A stretch of 64,000 nt of DNA from Candidatus Eiseniibacteriota bacterium. Lineage in GTDB: Bacteria > Eisenbacteria > RBG-16-71-46. The stretch is taken from contig JBGAML010000007.1 of the NCBI GenBank assembly GCA_044223005.1, positions 143,607 through 207,606 of the forward strand. Direction: 5' to 3'. The translations under genes were made by a program, and so were the position numbers. The notes beneath the pieces were generated by a model. That model was not told the DNA's origin. It was given only the letters and a program-made list of their open reading frames with translations, and searched no databases. Positions within the stretch are counted from its first letter, which is position 1; the number at the start of each line of letters is the position of its first letter. Positions 28,989-37,764 of this stretch are shown in pieces.

Positions 28989-30154
28989 GCGCTGCGGCGT
29001 CCGGGGGCGGCGGCCCTGCGAGTCGCGGCCGGATCTGCCTCTACGTTCCGCTGCTGTACCCGGTCATGAGTGGCGGGCGCGTCCCCGGCGGCGGTGGCGC
29101 CGAAGTGCAGTTCGCGCACCTCGCGCGCGGCCTGGTGCGCCGCGGGTTCGACGTGCGCGTCGTGACCTGCGATTTCGGGCAGCCGCGCGAGGAGATCGTG
29201 GACGGCGTCCGGCTGCTGCGCGCCTGGCCGCCCAACGCCGGGCTTCCGGTCGTTCGCTTCTTCCATCCCCGTCTCTCGCACGCCGCGGAAGCGCTCGGGC
29301 GGGCGGCCGCGGACGTCTACGTCTTCAAGGGCGGCGGCATGTGGACGGGCTTCACGTACGACCTCGCCCGTGCGCGCGGGGCCGGGTTCGTGTTCGTCAC
29401 GGCCCACGACCTCGACGTGACGCGCGGCATGCCCGCGGTACACGGGTGGCGCGACCGGACCTGGTACGCTCGCGCGCTGCGCGGCGCCGATCGGATCGTC
29501 GTCCAGACGCGCACGCAGCAGCGGCTGCTCGAGGAGAACTACGGCCGCCCCTCGACCGTGATCATGAACCACGTCGAGATTCCGCGGGAGCAGGCGGCGC
29601 CGGCGCATTCGCGCCGCGTGGTCTGGGTCGGCACGTACAAGCCGGGCAAGCGGCCGGAGTGGTTCACGCGCCTCGCGGAACGCCATCCGGATCTCGAGTG
29701 CCTCATGGTCGGGAACCTCCCGCCGCCGCCGCTCACGGATGCCGCCTACCGTGAGGCGCTCGCCGTCGCGGACCGCACGCCCAACCTTCGCGTTCTCGTG
29801 GACACGCCGCACGAACGAATCGGCGAACTGCTGCGCGACGCGGCCCTGTTCGTGCACACGTCACCCGCGGAAGGGTTCCCCAACACGCTGCTCGAGGCAT
29901 GGAGCTGGGGCCTCCCCGCCGTGACCTGCTTCGATCCGGACGGCATCCTCGAGCGCGAACGGCTCGGCGAACGACACGACGGTTTCGAGGCGTGGGAGGG
30001 CGCGGTGCTCACCTGGATGGCCGACCCCGCGCGCCGCGAGGCCGCGGGCGCCCGCGCGCGGGACTACACCGCGCACGCGCACGGCTCCGGCGAGATCCAT
30101 GACCGTTACGCCGGGCTGTTCGACGAGGTCATCGCCGCGCGCCGGCGCGCGTAG
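28985..30154 (+). CDS. GT4 glycosyltransferase
   Basis: GGAEVQ, KRPEWF, EGFPNTLLEAW. Confidence 0.88.
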   Translation: MSAAASGGGGPASRGRICLYVPLLYPVMSGGRVPGGGGAEVQFAHLARGLVRRGFDVRVVTCDFGQPREEIVDGVRLLRAWPPNAGLPVVRFFHPRLSHAAEALGRAAADVYVFKGGGMWTGFTYDLARARGAGFVFVTAHDLDVTRGMPAVHGWRDRTWYARALRGADRIVVQTRTQQRLLEENYGRPSTVIMNHVEIPREQAAPAHSRRVVWVGTYKPGKRPEWFTRLAERHPDLECLMVGNLPPPPLTDAAYREALAVADRTPNLRVLVDTPHERIGELLRDAALFVHTSPAEGFPNTLLEAWSWGLPAVTCFDPDGILERERLGERHDGFEAWEGAVLTWMADPARREAAGARARDYTAHAHGSGEIHDRYAGLFDEVIAARRRA

Positions 30155-30164
30155 GGCCGGGACT

Positions 30165-32096
30165 TCAGGCGATCGCGGCGTCCGCCGCCACGCGCGGCGG
30201 CGGCGTCCAGGGAATCGAGCGCTCGGGAGCGCGGTCGATCCACTGGCGGTGCCAGAGCTCGAGCGTGAGCAGCGTCCAGAGCTCGCGGCTGCGGTCGCGG
30301 CGGCCGGCGAGGTGGTCCTCGACGTAGCCCCGCAGGATCGCGGGTTCGAAGTAGCCGCGGCCGAGGCACGCGGGCGAGAGCAGCGTGTCGGCCAGCAGCT
30401 CGCGCAGCTCGTTGCGGAACCACGGTGCGAGCGGCACCGTGAAGCCCACCTTGGGCCGGTCGACCACCTCGCGCGGCAGCAGTTTCCGGGCGAGCCGCTT
30501 GAGCAGCACCTTGCCCTCGAGGCCGCGCACCTTGTGCCGCGGGTCGAGCCGCAGGGCCCAGTCGATCAGCGAGTTGTCGAGCAGCGGCACGCGGGCCTCG
30601 ACCGACGCGGCCATGCTCATCTTGTCCATCTTGAGCAGCAGGTCGTCGGCCAGCCAGAGCCGCAGGTCCACGTCGAGCATGCGGTCGAGCGAGCCCCGTG
30701 CGGTGCTCTCGGCGAGCGCGTCACGGAACGCCGCCGCGCCGCGGTCGGCGAACGGGCGCAGCGCGGGGCCGAGCAGCCGGTCGCGCTCGCGGCCGGCGAA
30801 GCCCGCGAACCACGCCGCGAGCCGTTCGCCCTCGTCGCGGAACCGCGCGCTGCGCCCCACGACCTGCAGCTTGCGGAAGCGGTACGGCAGCTTGTCGACG
30901 CCGTGGTCGAGGAGCGGGTCGCGCAGCGGGCCGGGCAGCATCGACAGCGTGCGCGCGAGCGGCTCCACCGCGTACTTGGGATAGCCAGCGAAGAGTTCGT
31001 CGCCGCCTTCACCGGTCAGCACGACCGTCACCGTCTGCCGCGCGAGCTGCGTGACGAGGTAGGTCGGGATCGCGGCCGGTTCGGAGACCGGCTCGTCCTG
31101 GTGCCACACCAGCTGCGGCAGTTCGCGCAGCAGGTCGGACGCGCCGACCACGATCTCGCGGTGATCGGTGTGGCAGTGTTCCGCGACCGCGCGCGCGAAC
31201 GGCAGCTCGCTGTAGGGCCCGGGCGCATCGAAGCCGACCGAGAAGGTCTGCACCGGCTGGTCGAGCAGCCGGCTCATGAGCGCGACCACGAGGCTCGAGT
31301 CCACGCCGCCCGAGAGCAGCGCCCCGAGCGGTACTTCGCTCATCAGGTGCGACTTCACGGAGGCCGTGAGCCGCGCCTCGACCTCGGCCAGCGCCTCGTC
31401 CTCGCCGAGCTCGATCCGCGGCCCGAACGCCGGACGCCACCAGCGCGTGCACTCCTCGTGGCCGGGCTCGAACAGCAGGAAGTGCCCGGGGGGCAGCTTC
31501 TCGACGCCCTCGAACAGCGTCCGCGGCGACGCGCAGTAGCGCAGCATGAGGTGCTCGGCGACGCCGGCGGGATTCGCGCGCCGCGCCGTGCCGGGGAACG
31601 CGAACAGCGACTTGATCTCGGAGCCGAACACGAACGCGTCGTTGGCGCGCGCCCAGTAGACCGGCTTGATCCCGACGCGGTCGCGCGCCACGAGCATGCG
31701 GCGGCGCGGCCGGTCCCACAGGGCGAACGCGAACATGCCGTCCAGGCGCCGGAGCGCGTCCGTGCCCCACTCCTCGTAGGCGTGGACGATCGTCTCGGTG
31801 TCGCTCTGGGTGCGGTAGCGGTGCCCGCGCCGCTTCAACTCCTCGCGCAGTTCGGCGTGGTTGTAGATCTCGCCGTTGAACGCGATCTGGATCGAGCCGT
31901 CCTCGTTGCCGAGCGGCTGGTGGCCCGTGGCCACGTCCACGATCGCGAGCCGCCGGAACGCGAGTCCGGCGCCCGGTTCGGCCAGGATGCCGACGTCGTC
32001 GGGGCCGCGGTGCCGGATCGCGCGCGCCGCGCCTTCGAGCCACGCGCGGTCGGGCTCGAGCCCTCCGGGATGATGGAACGCCGCGAAGCCGCACAT
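30165..32096 (-). CDS. asnB: Second asparagine synthase-like glutamine amidotransferase
   Basis: MCG, HRGPDD, FNGEIYN, LSGGVDSS, TGEGGDELFAGY, KMDKMSMAASVEARVP. Confidence 0.93.
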   Translation of the reverse strand: MCGFAAFHHPGGLEPDRAWLEGAARAIRHRGPDDVGILAEPGAGLAFRRLAIVDVATGHQPLGNEDGSIQIAFNGEIYNHAELREELKRRGHRYRTQSDTETIVHAYEEWGTDALRRLDGMFAFALWDRPRRRMLVARDRVGIKPVYWARANDAFVFGSEIKSLFAFPGTARRANPAGVAEHLMLRYCASPRTLFEGVEKLPPGHFLLFEPGHEECTRWWRPAFGPRIELGEDEALAEVEARLTASVKSHLMSEVPLGALLSGGVDSSLVVALMSRLLDQPVQTFSVGFDAPGPYSELPFARAVAEHCHTDHREIVVGASDLLRELPQLVWHQDEPVSEPAAIPTYLVTQLARQTVTVVLTGEGGDELFAGYPKYAVEPLARTLSMLPGPLRDPLLDHGVDKLPYRFRKLQVVGRSARFRDEGERLAAWFAGFAGRERDRLLGPALRPFADRGAAAFRDALAESTARGSLDRMLDVDLRLWLADDLLLKMDKMSMAASVEARVPLLDNSLIDWALRLDPRHKVRGLEGKVLLKRLARKLLPREVVDRPKVGFTVPLAPWFRNELRELLADTLLSPACLGRGYFEPAILRGYVEDHLAGRRDRSRELWTLLTLELWHRQWIDRAPERSIPWTPPPRVAADAAIA

Positions 32097-32124
32097 CAGC
32101 GCGTCCTCCCGAGTCCGGGGCGGA

Positions 32125-32799
32125 TCACGCCAGGCCGAACCGCTTGCCGACCAGGTGCGTGAGGTTGCGCCAGCCGTCGCGCCACTTCTGCAGCTTCACT
32201 TCGCCGATGCGCGCGCCGTACGGGATGTGCGATTCGCCGAAGCGCGCCTTGCGCAGCACGGCCTCGAGCTTGATCTCCTGGCTGAACGGCATGCCGTCGG
32301 ACTTGAGCACGAGCCGGGGCAGGAGCGAGCGCTTGAAGACCCACATGCCCGACTGGCTGTCGCCGAGCCCGACGCCGAACAGGATCCGGGCCGTGAGCGT
32401 CAGCACGCCGTTGCCGAGGCGGTTGGTCACGTTCATGGCGCGCGGGTCCGCGAGCGGGAAGCGGGCCGCGGAGAGGAAGTCCCAGTTCTTCGTGACCAGC
32501 TCGTCCACCAGCCGCTCGATCTCTTCGGGCGGGTAGGTGCCGTCGCCGTCCATCGTGATGATGAGGTCGCCGGTGGCCGCGGCGAGGCCGGCCTTGTAGG
32601 CGGCGCCGTAGCCCGGCGTCTTCGCCTCCACGACGCGCGCCCCCAGCGAGCGGGCGACCTCGGCCGTCCGATCCGTGCAGTTGTTGTCCACGACCACGAC
32701 CTCGTCCACGGCCGCGGGCATGCGCCCGATGACTTCACGCACGCCGTTCTCCTCGTTGTAGCACGGGATCACGACACTGAGCTTGAGGTTGCGGTGCAT
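32125..32799 (-). CDS. GT2 polyprenol-phosphate glycosyltransferase (DPM1-like)
   Basis: VIPCYNEE, VDNNCTD, DGDGTYP, DSQSGM, RIGEVKL. Confidence 0.9.
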   Translation of the reverse strand: MHRNLKLSVVIPCYNEENGVREVIGRMPAAVDEVVVVDNNCTDRTAEVARSLGARVVEAKTPGYGAAYKAGLAAATGDLIITMDGDGTYPPEEIERLVDELVTKNWDFLSAARFPLADPRAMNVTNRLGNGVLTLTARILFGVGLGDSQSGMWVFKRSLLPRLVLKSDGMPFSQEIKLEAVLRKARFGESHIPYGARIGEVKLQKWRDGWRNLTHLVGKRFGLA

Positions 32800-32979
32800 C
32801 GGGGGCGGGTTCCTGGGGGTCGGGGTCGGCAGACGGGGGGACGCAGGAACGTCGAGCGTATCAGAGCCCCGAAAGCCGGGGCAATGCTCGGGCCGCCGGA
32901 CGGGGCCCGGCCCGGGTCCGGGGTCGTGCGGGATGCAACGTGGCCGCGCCGGTCCGGCCCCGGGGTGCCCGAAGGGGCG

Positions 32980-34434
32980 TCAGGCCGCCCGGGCGAGCAG
33001 GCCCGCGCCCGCGGCCGCGCGGTCGCGGCGCAGGCGGTCGGCGGCCATCCAGAGCGCGAAGAACAGCCACACCTGGTACTGGTAGGTCACGTTGCGCAGG
33101 TACTCGATCTTGATCTGGTCGACGAGGAAATACGCCAGCTGCACGCGTGCGACCAGCAGGTACCCGTCGAGGTAGCTGCCCCGGGTCATGCTGTCGACGG
33201 TCGGCTTCGTGTGGCGCCACAGCGTCACCAGCATGAGTGCGAAGAACACGAACCCGAAGATGCCGACGATGTTCAGTACGTACAGGTACAGGTTGTGGGG
33301 CCAGAACCAGAAGTACAGGCCGCGCTTGAACGTGTACAGCGGGCCCGAACCGATCAGCGGATGCAGGAGGAAGCGCTCCCACGCGTCCTTCCACGGGGCG
33401 GCGCGGCTGTCGGGCACCAGCCCGTGGATCTCGGTGCCCATCACGCGGGCGAGCAGGTCGCCCGAACGCGTGAAGGTGGCGACGAAGAAGTTCATGGCCG
33501 CGATGCCGATCGCCGTGAGCGTCACCGTGAGCATCACCGGCACGACGCGCAGGTTCCGCCGCACGAGCCAGGTGAGGTACGCCAGCGCCACCGCGAGCGA
33601 GACGATCGGGCCGCGCGTGACCGTCGCGAAGATGCCGAACACCGTGAGTGCGAGCAGGCTGCCCGCCCAGAGGCGCTCCAGGGCGGTGCGGGCGCGCATC
33701 AACAGGAAGATCAGGAAGATCAGGTTCATGCCGCAGAAATCGGCGAACAGCTCGTAGTCGTAGAAGATCGAGCCGATGCGGACGTTCTTGCGATTGAACT
33801 CGTCGCCGCGCGTGTGGGCGAAGTCGATCCAGCCCCGAACGATCGCTTCCCCGGGGTGGTTCAGCTCCCAGACGGCGAGCAGCAGGATGATGAACATCAC
33901 GAGCGCCTGGAAGAAATGCAGGCGCTTGAGGTCGTTCTCGGTGCGGACGCTGTTCACCACGAGCCCGTACATGAAGACGGTGCCCAGGAACAGGTAGAAC
34001 GTCTCGAGCGCCGCCTGGATGTCGCGCGGGTCGCAGTTGTAGAACGAGACGATGTACGCGATCACGAGCCCGATCACGGGGCCGTCGATGGGTGTCGGGC
34101 GGGGGCGCGGCAGCTCGCGCTGCGTGACGCGCAGCAGGTAGATGACGAGCAGCAGCAGGATGAGGGCGAGGTTCGTGCTGCCGAAGGTCGTGCCGCGCGG
34201 AAACGGCAGCGCGAGGATCATCACGCCGATGCCGGCGATGATCTCGAGCCGCCAGGCGATGCCGATCACGATGACGGCCGCCGCCACCGAGAGCACGCGC
34301 TTGTTCGGCTGCACGTACTGCAGGCCCAGCAGTACGCCGAGCCCGGTCACGGCGAGGATGTTGAAGATCCGGCCGAGCCAGTCGGTCCCGCCCGTCCTGC
34401 CGGACGAGTCGCGGGAGTGGGACAGCAGGCTCAT
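32980..34434 (-). CDS. O-antigen ligase/Wzy polymerase family protein
   Basis: About 12 TM; TVTRG, SR..PW..AW..FLLHPLIGSG, PHNLYL (Wzy_C); start inferred from GGAGA SD. Confidence 0.85.
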   Translation of the reverse strand: MSLLSHSRDSSGRTGGTDWLGRIFNILAVTGLGVLLGLQYVQPNKRVLSVAAAVIVIGIAWRLEIIAGIGVMILALPFPRGTTFGSTNLALILLLLVIYLLRVTQRELPRPRPTPIDGPVIGLVIAYIVSFYNCDPRDIQAALETFYLFLGTVFMYGLVVNSVRTENDLKRLHFFQALVMFIILLLAVWELNHPGEAIVRGWIDFAHTRGDEFNRKNVRIGSIFYDYELFADFCGMNLIFLIFLLMRARTALERLWAGSLLALTVFGIFATVTRGPIVSLAVALAYLTWLVRRNLRVVPVMLTVTLTAIGIAAMNFFVATFTRSGDLLARVMGTEIHGLVPDSRAAPWKDAWERFLLHPLIGSGPLYTFKRGLYFWFWPHNLYLYVLNIVGIFGFVFFALMLVTLWRHTKPTVDSMTRGSYLDGYLLVARVQLAYFLVDQIKIEYLRNVTYQYQVWLFFALWMAADRLRRDRAAAGAGLLARAA

Positions 34435-34571
34435 GCGCGGTTCTCCGGGTGGGTGGCGGCGCTCGCCCGAGTTGTCGGCGGGATCCGCGCTGCGGTCGAG
34501 GCCGGCGTCGGCCCCGTCCGTACCGCTTCCGGTCCGGAGGGCGGGCACCGGCTCCCGGACGCGGGAGGGAG

Positions 34572-34601
34572 AGCGTAACAAAGCCGCTTTCGCGGCGGCA
34601 A
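34572..34601 (-). promoter_or_regulatory. Putative promoter for the wzy-GT2-asnB block
   Basis: Minus strand TTGCCG-18 nt-TACGCT with TG extension. Confidence 0.5.
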
Positions 34602-34637
34602 CGCCCGGGCGCGCCGGCCGCGGCACGCGCGTGCCGG

Positions 34638-34666
34638 TCGACAGTGGCGCGGGCTGCACCTATGCT
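34638..34666 (+). promoter_or_regulatory. Putative divergent promoter for GT2-epimerase
   Basis: TCGACA-17 nt-TATGCT, 9 nt before ATG 34676, no SD. Confidence 0.5.
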
Positions 34667-34675
34667 GCCCCGCCT

Positions 34676-35437
34676 ATGATGCCGCAACCTCACGCTCCCG
34701 TTGGCCCGACCGCGCCGGCCGGGGTCGACCCGGCTCGCGTGGCCGTGGTCGTTCCGGCCTGGAACGAGGCCGGCAAGATCGGCGACGTGGTCCGCAAGGT
34801 GCCCCGCGCCCTCGTCTCGTGCGTCGTCGTCGTCGACGATTGCTCCCGCGACGCCACCTCCGAGGACGCCCGCGCCGCCGGGGCCGACGTGGTCCTGCGC
34901 CACGCGGTGAACCAGGGCGTCGGGGCCGCCATCCGCACGGGACTGCTCGAGGCGAAGCGCCGCGGCTACGAGTTCGCGGCCATCCTGAGCGGCGACGATC
35001 AGCACGAACCGCACGAGCTCGCGCGCATGCTGCCGCTGCTCTTCGCCGGCGAGGCCGATCTCGTCCAGGGCTCGCGCTGGCTCCCGGGCGGTGCGGTGCC
35101 GGGCATTCCGGCCGACCGCCGCTGGCTCACGCGGCTCTACCCGCGCCTCTTCTCGCTCGCCAGCGGCCAGCCCTGCACCGACGGCACCAACGGCATGCGC
35201 GCGTTCCGGCTCGCGCTGCTCGACGATCCGCGGATGCGGCTCGATCAGTCGTGGCTCGATCGCTACGAGCTCGAGCCCTACCTGCTCTACCAGGCGGTGC
35301 GCTGCGGCTACCGGGTGCGGGAAGTGCCGGTGACCGTGCGTTACCATGCCCGCGGTACCACCAAGATGCGCTGGCTCTCCGACGGCTGGCGCATCCTGCG
35401 CCCGATCGTCTACCTCAGGCTGGGGCTGCGTCACTGA
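34676..35437 (+). CDS. GT2 polyprenol-phosphate glycosyltransferase (DPM1-like)
   Basis: VVPAWNE, VDDCSRD, SGDDQH, DGTNGMRA, EVPVTVRY. Confidence 0.88.
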   Translation: MMPQPHAPVGPTAPAGVDPARVAVVVPAWNEAGKIGDVVRKVPRALVSCVVVVDDCSRDATSEDARAAGADVVLRHAVNQGVGAAIRTGLLEAKRRGYEFAAILSGDDQHEPHELARMLPLLFAGEADLVQGSRWLPGGAVPGIPADRRWLTRLYPRLFSLASGQPCTDGTNGMRAFRLALLDDPRMRLDQSWLDRYELEPYLLYQAVRCGYRVREVPVTVRYHARGTTKMRWLSDGWRILRPIVYLRLGLRH

Positions 35438-35456
35438 ACGCCCCGGAGGTCCTCAC

Positions 35457-36422
35457 GTGAACACGCTCGAGAACACCCGCGTCCTCGTCACGGGCGGCGC
35501 CGGGTTCGTGGGCAGCAACCTCGTGCGCCGGCTGCTGCGCGACGGGGCGAAGGTGACGGTGCTCGACGACCTCTTCACGGGCCGGCTCGAGAACCTGCCC
35601 GCGGCGGGTTTCGACTTCGTCCAGGGCACCGTCTGCGACGCTGCCCTCGTCGCGAAGCTGGTCGCCGCGAACGAGGTGATCGTGCACGCGGCGGCGCGCA
35701 ACATCGTGGTCTCCACGCGCAATCCGCGCGAGGACTACGAGACCAACATCGGCGGCACGCTGAACGTGCTGCTCGCGGCGCGCGAATCGAAGCCGCGCCG
35801 GGTGGTCTACACCTCCAGCACGTCCGTGTACGGCAACCCGCGCTACCTGCCCATCAACGAGGACGACCGGCTGCAGCTCCTGACGCCGTACTCGGTGTCC
35901 AAGCTCGGCGGCGAGAACTACTGCATGGCGTTCCACGAGTCGTACGGCGTGCCGACCACCGCCGTGCGCTACTCGAACATCTTCGGGCCCGGGCAGGACC
36001 CCGCGAATCCCTACTGCGGCGTCGTGGCCAAGTTCATCGAATCGCTGTTCGCCGGGCGCCCGCCGGTGATCCACGGCGACGGCAACCAGACGCGCGATTT
36101 CACGTTCGTCGACGACGCCGTCGAGGCGACGCTGCTCACCGCCTGCGCGGACCGCGCGATCGGCGAGGTGTTCAACGTCGGCACCGGCGTCGAGACGCGC
36201 GTCAACGAGCTCGCCGCGATCCTGATCAAGGTGACCGGCGTCGACGTGGAGCCCGAGCACACCGATCGCCGGGACATCGACAACATCCGGCGACGCGTCG
36301 TGAACATCGAGAAGACCCGGCGGACGCTCCGCTGGGTGCCCGAGGTGACGCTGGAGCGCGGCCTGCGCCGGACGGTGGAGTGGCAGCGTGGCGTCTCGGG
36401 GCCGCCTGGGGCCGCCCGGTAG
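35457..36422 (+). CDS. NAD-dependent nucleotide-sugar epimerase/dehydratase (extended SDR)
   Basis: GGAGFVGS, SSTSVYG, YSVSK, GDGNQTRDF. Confidence 0.93.
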   Translation: MNTLENTRVLVTGGAGFVGSNLVRRLLRDGAKVTVLDDLFTGRLENLPAAGFDFVQGTVCDAALVAKLVAANEVIVHAAARNIVVSTRNPREDYETNIGGTLNVLLAARESKPRRVVYTSSTSVYGNPRYLPINEDDRLQLLTPYSVSKLGGENYCMAFHESYGVPTTAVRYSNIFGPGQDPANPYCGVVAKFIESLFAGRPPVIHGDGNQTRDFTFVDDAVEATLLTACADRAIGEVFNVGTGVETRVNELAAILIKVTGVDVEPEHTDRRDIDNIRRRVVNIEKTRRTLRWVPEVTLERGLRRTVEWQRGVSGPPGAAR

Positions 36423-36492
36423 GGTCCGTTTCGGGCGGGCAAACCCAGTCGAGAGCCGAATCCCCCTCCGGTGAGCAAAGGGCAATTCGGGG

Positions 36493-36522
36493 TTGAAAGC
36501 GCTGTGAGGCTGTTGTTAAGCT
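36493..36522 (+). promoter_or_regulatory. Sigma70-type promoter for the second polysaccharide operon
   Basis: TTGAAA-18 nt-TAAGCT with TG extension in an AT-richer spacer. Confidence 0.6.
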
Positions 36523-36823
36523 GGATTCACGGTCAGTTCCCCAGTTGCGCCCCCTACGCGAGGACCGATCCCACGATTCCTTGTTAACTGGGTTGAACAG
36601 CGCTGGATGAATCAGCAGCAACCGGGTCGACCTCATCGGCCCGGACGACCGGAGTGATCCGGGACACGCACCAGGACAGGCACCTTGGTTATCCCCCCGT
36701 CGCTCGGACTCGACCAATCCAGTGGCCGTCACCATCGGATGACGCGAGTGGCTTGAGAACCGTGGGGACCTCGTGCGTCCCACGGATCTGTTCGCAGGGC
36801 GACGACAACTGAGAGTGGCATCG

Positions 36824-37759
36824 ATGGAGCCCGACATCCTCTCGTCCGCCGGAGAAGCCGTAGTCCGTGGTGGGGACTGGCCGGCGCCGAACGAGCCTCA
36901 CGCGCGCAACGAAGCCGTGGACGCGGTCCCGACCGGGACGGCGGGAGCCACCCGCTCGGCCGCGACCGGCTCGAACCCGGCGACACGCGCACGCGCGCTG
37001 GCGTCCGCCAACGGCGTCGCGCACCCGCATGGTTACGCCAACGGTCACGCCCGTCCGCGCAACGGCGCGCACGGCGCGTGGGCGCAGCCGCGGCTCGTCG
37101 CGACGGGCGCCTCCGCCGCGCCCGTGCTGCCGTTCGAGACGCCGGCGCCCGAGGGCCTCTACCAGCGCTTCGGCAAGCGCATGCTCGACGTCCTGGGCGC
37201 GTGCTTCGCGCTCGTGATCTTCGCGCCGGTGATGGCGCTGCTCGCGCTGCTGATCCGGCTTGAGTCCCGCGGCCCGGTGATCTACCGCTCGACGCGCATC
37301 GGCCGCGGCGGCCGCGCGTTCACGTTCTACAAGCTGCGCTCGATGGTGAAGGACGCCGACCGGCGCCGGCACACGATCGCGCACATGAACGAGGCCGACG
37401 GCCCCGTGTTCAAGATCGCGCGCGACCCGCGCATCACCCGGATCGGCCGCTTCATGCGCTCGACGAGCCTCGACGAGCTGCCGCAGTTCTACAACGTCCT
37501 GATCGGCGACATGAGCCTCGTCGGCCCGCGGCCGCCGATTCCCGAGGAAGTCTCGCAGTACGAGCCGTGGCAGCTGCGCCGGCTCGACGTTCGCCCGGGC
37601 ATCACCTGCCTGTGGCAGATCAGCGGACGCAGCCGCATCGGGTTCCAGGAGTGGATGCGACTCGATCTCGAGTACATCCGGCACCGCTCCTTCAAGCTCG
37701 ACCTCAAGATCCTCCTGCGCACGATCCCCGCGGTCCTGTCCCGGGAGGGGGCGTACTGA
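36824..37759 (+). CDS. Priming phosphoglycosyltransferase (Bac_transf)
   Basis: KRMLDV, YKLRSM, DPRITRIG, SLDELPQFYNVL.GDMSLVGPRP, PGITCLWQISGR. Confidence 0.93.
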   Translation: MEPDILSSAGEAVVRGGDWPAPNEPHARNEAVDAVPTGTAGATRSAATGSNPATRARALASANGVAHPHGYANGHARPRNGAHGAWAQPRLVATGASAAPVLPFETPAPEGLYQRFGKRMLDVLGACFALVIFAPVMALLALLIRLESRGPVIYRSTRIGRGGRAFTFYKLRSMVKDADRRRHTIAHMNEADGPVFKIARDPRITRIGRFMRSTSLDELPQFYNVLIGDMSLVGPRPPIPEEVSQYEPWQLRRLDVRPGITCLWQISGRSRIGFQEWMRLDLEYIRHRSFKLDLKILLRTIPAVLSREGAY

Positions 37760-37764
37760 GCGGA

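Noticed and set aside
27045..32096. Lasso peptide cluster (AsnB-like cyclases)
   Set aside because: Both keep the glutaminase N-terminal Cys; no B1/B2 proteins or precursor; neighbours are glycosyltransferases
34572..36586. Recurrent TTGTTA motif as a regulator box (9302, 34576 minus, 36513, 36581)
   Set aside because: Two copies are explained as extended -10 elements; the motif is too short to support more
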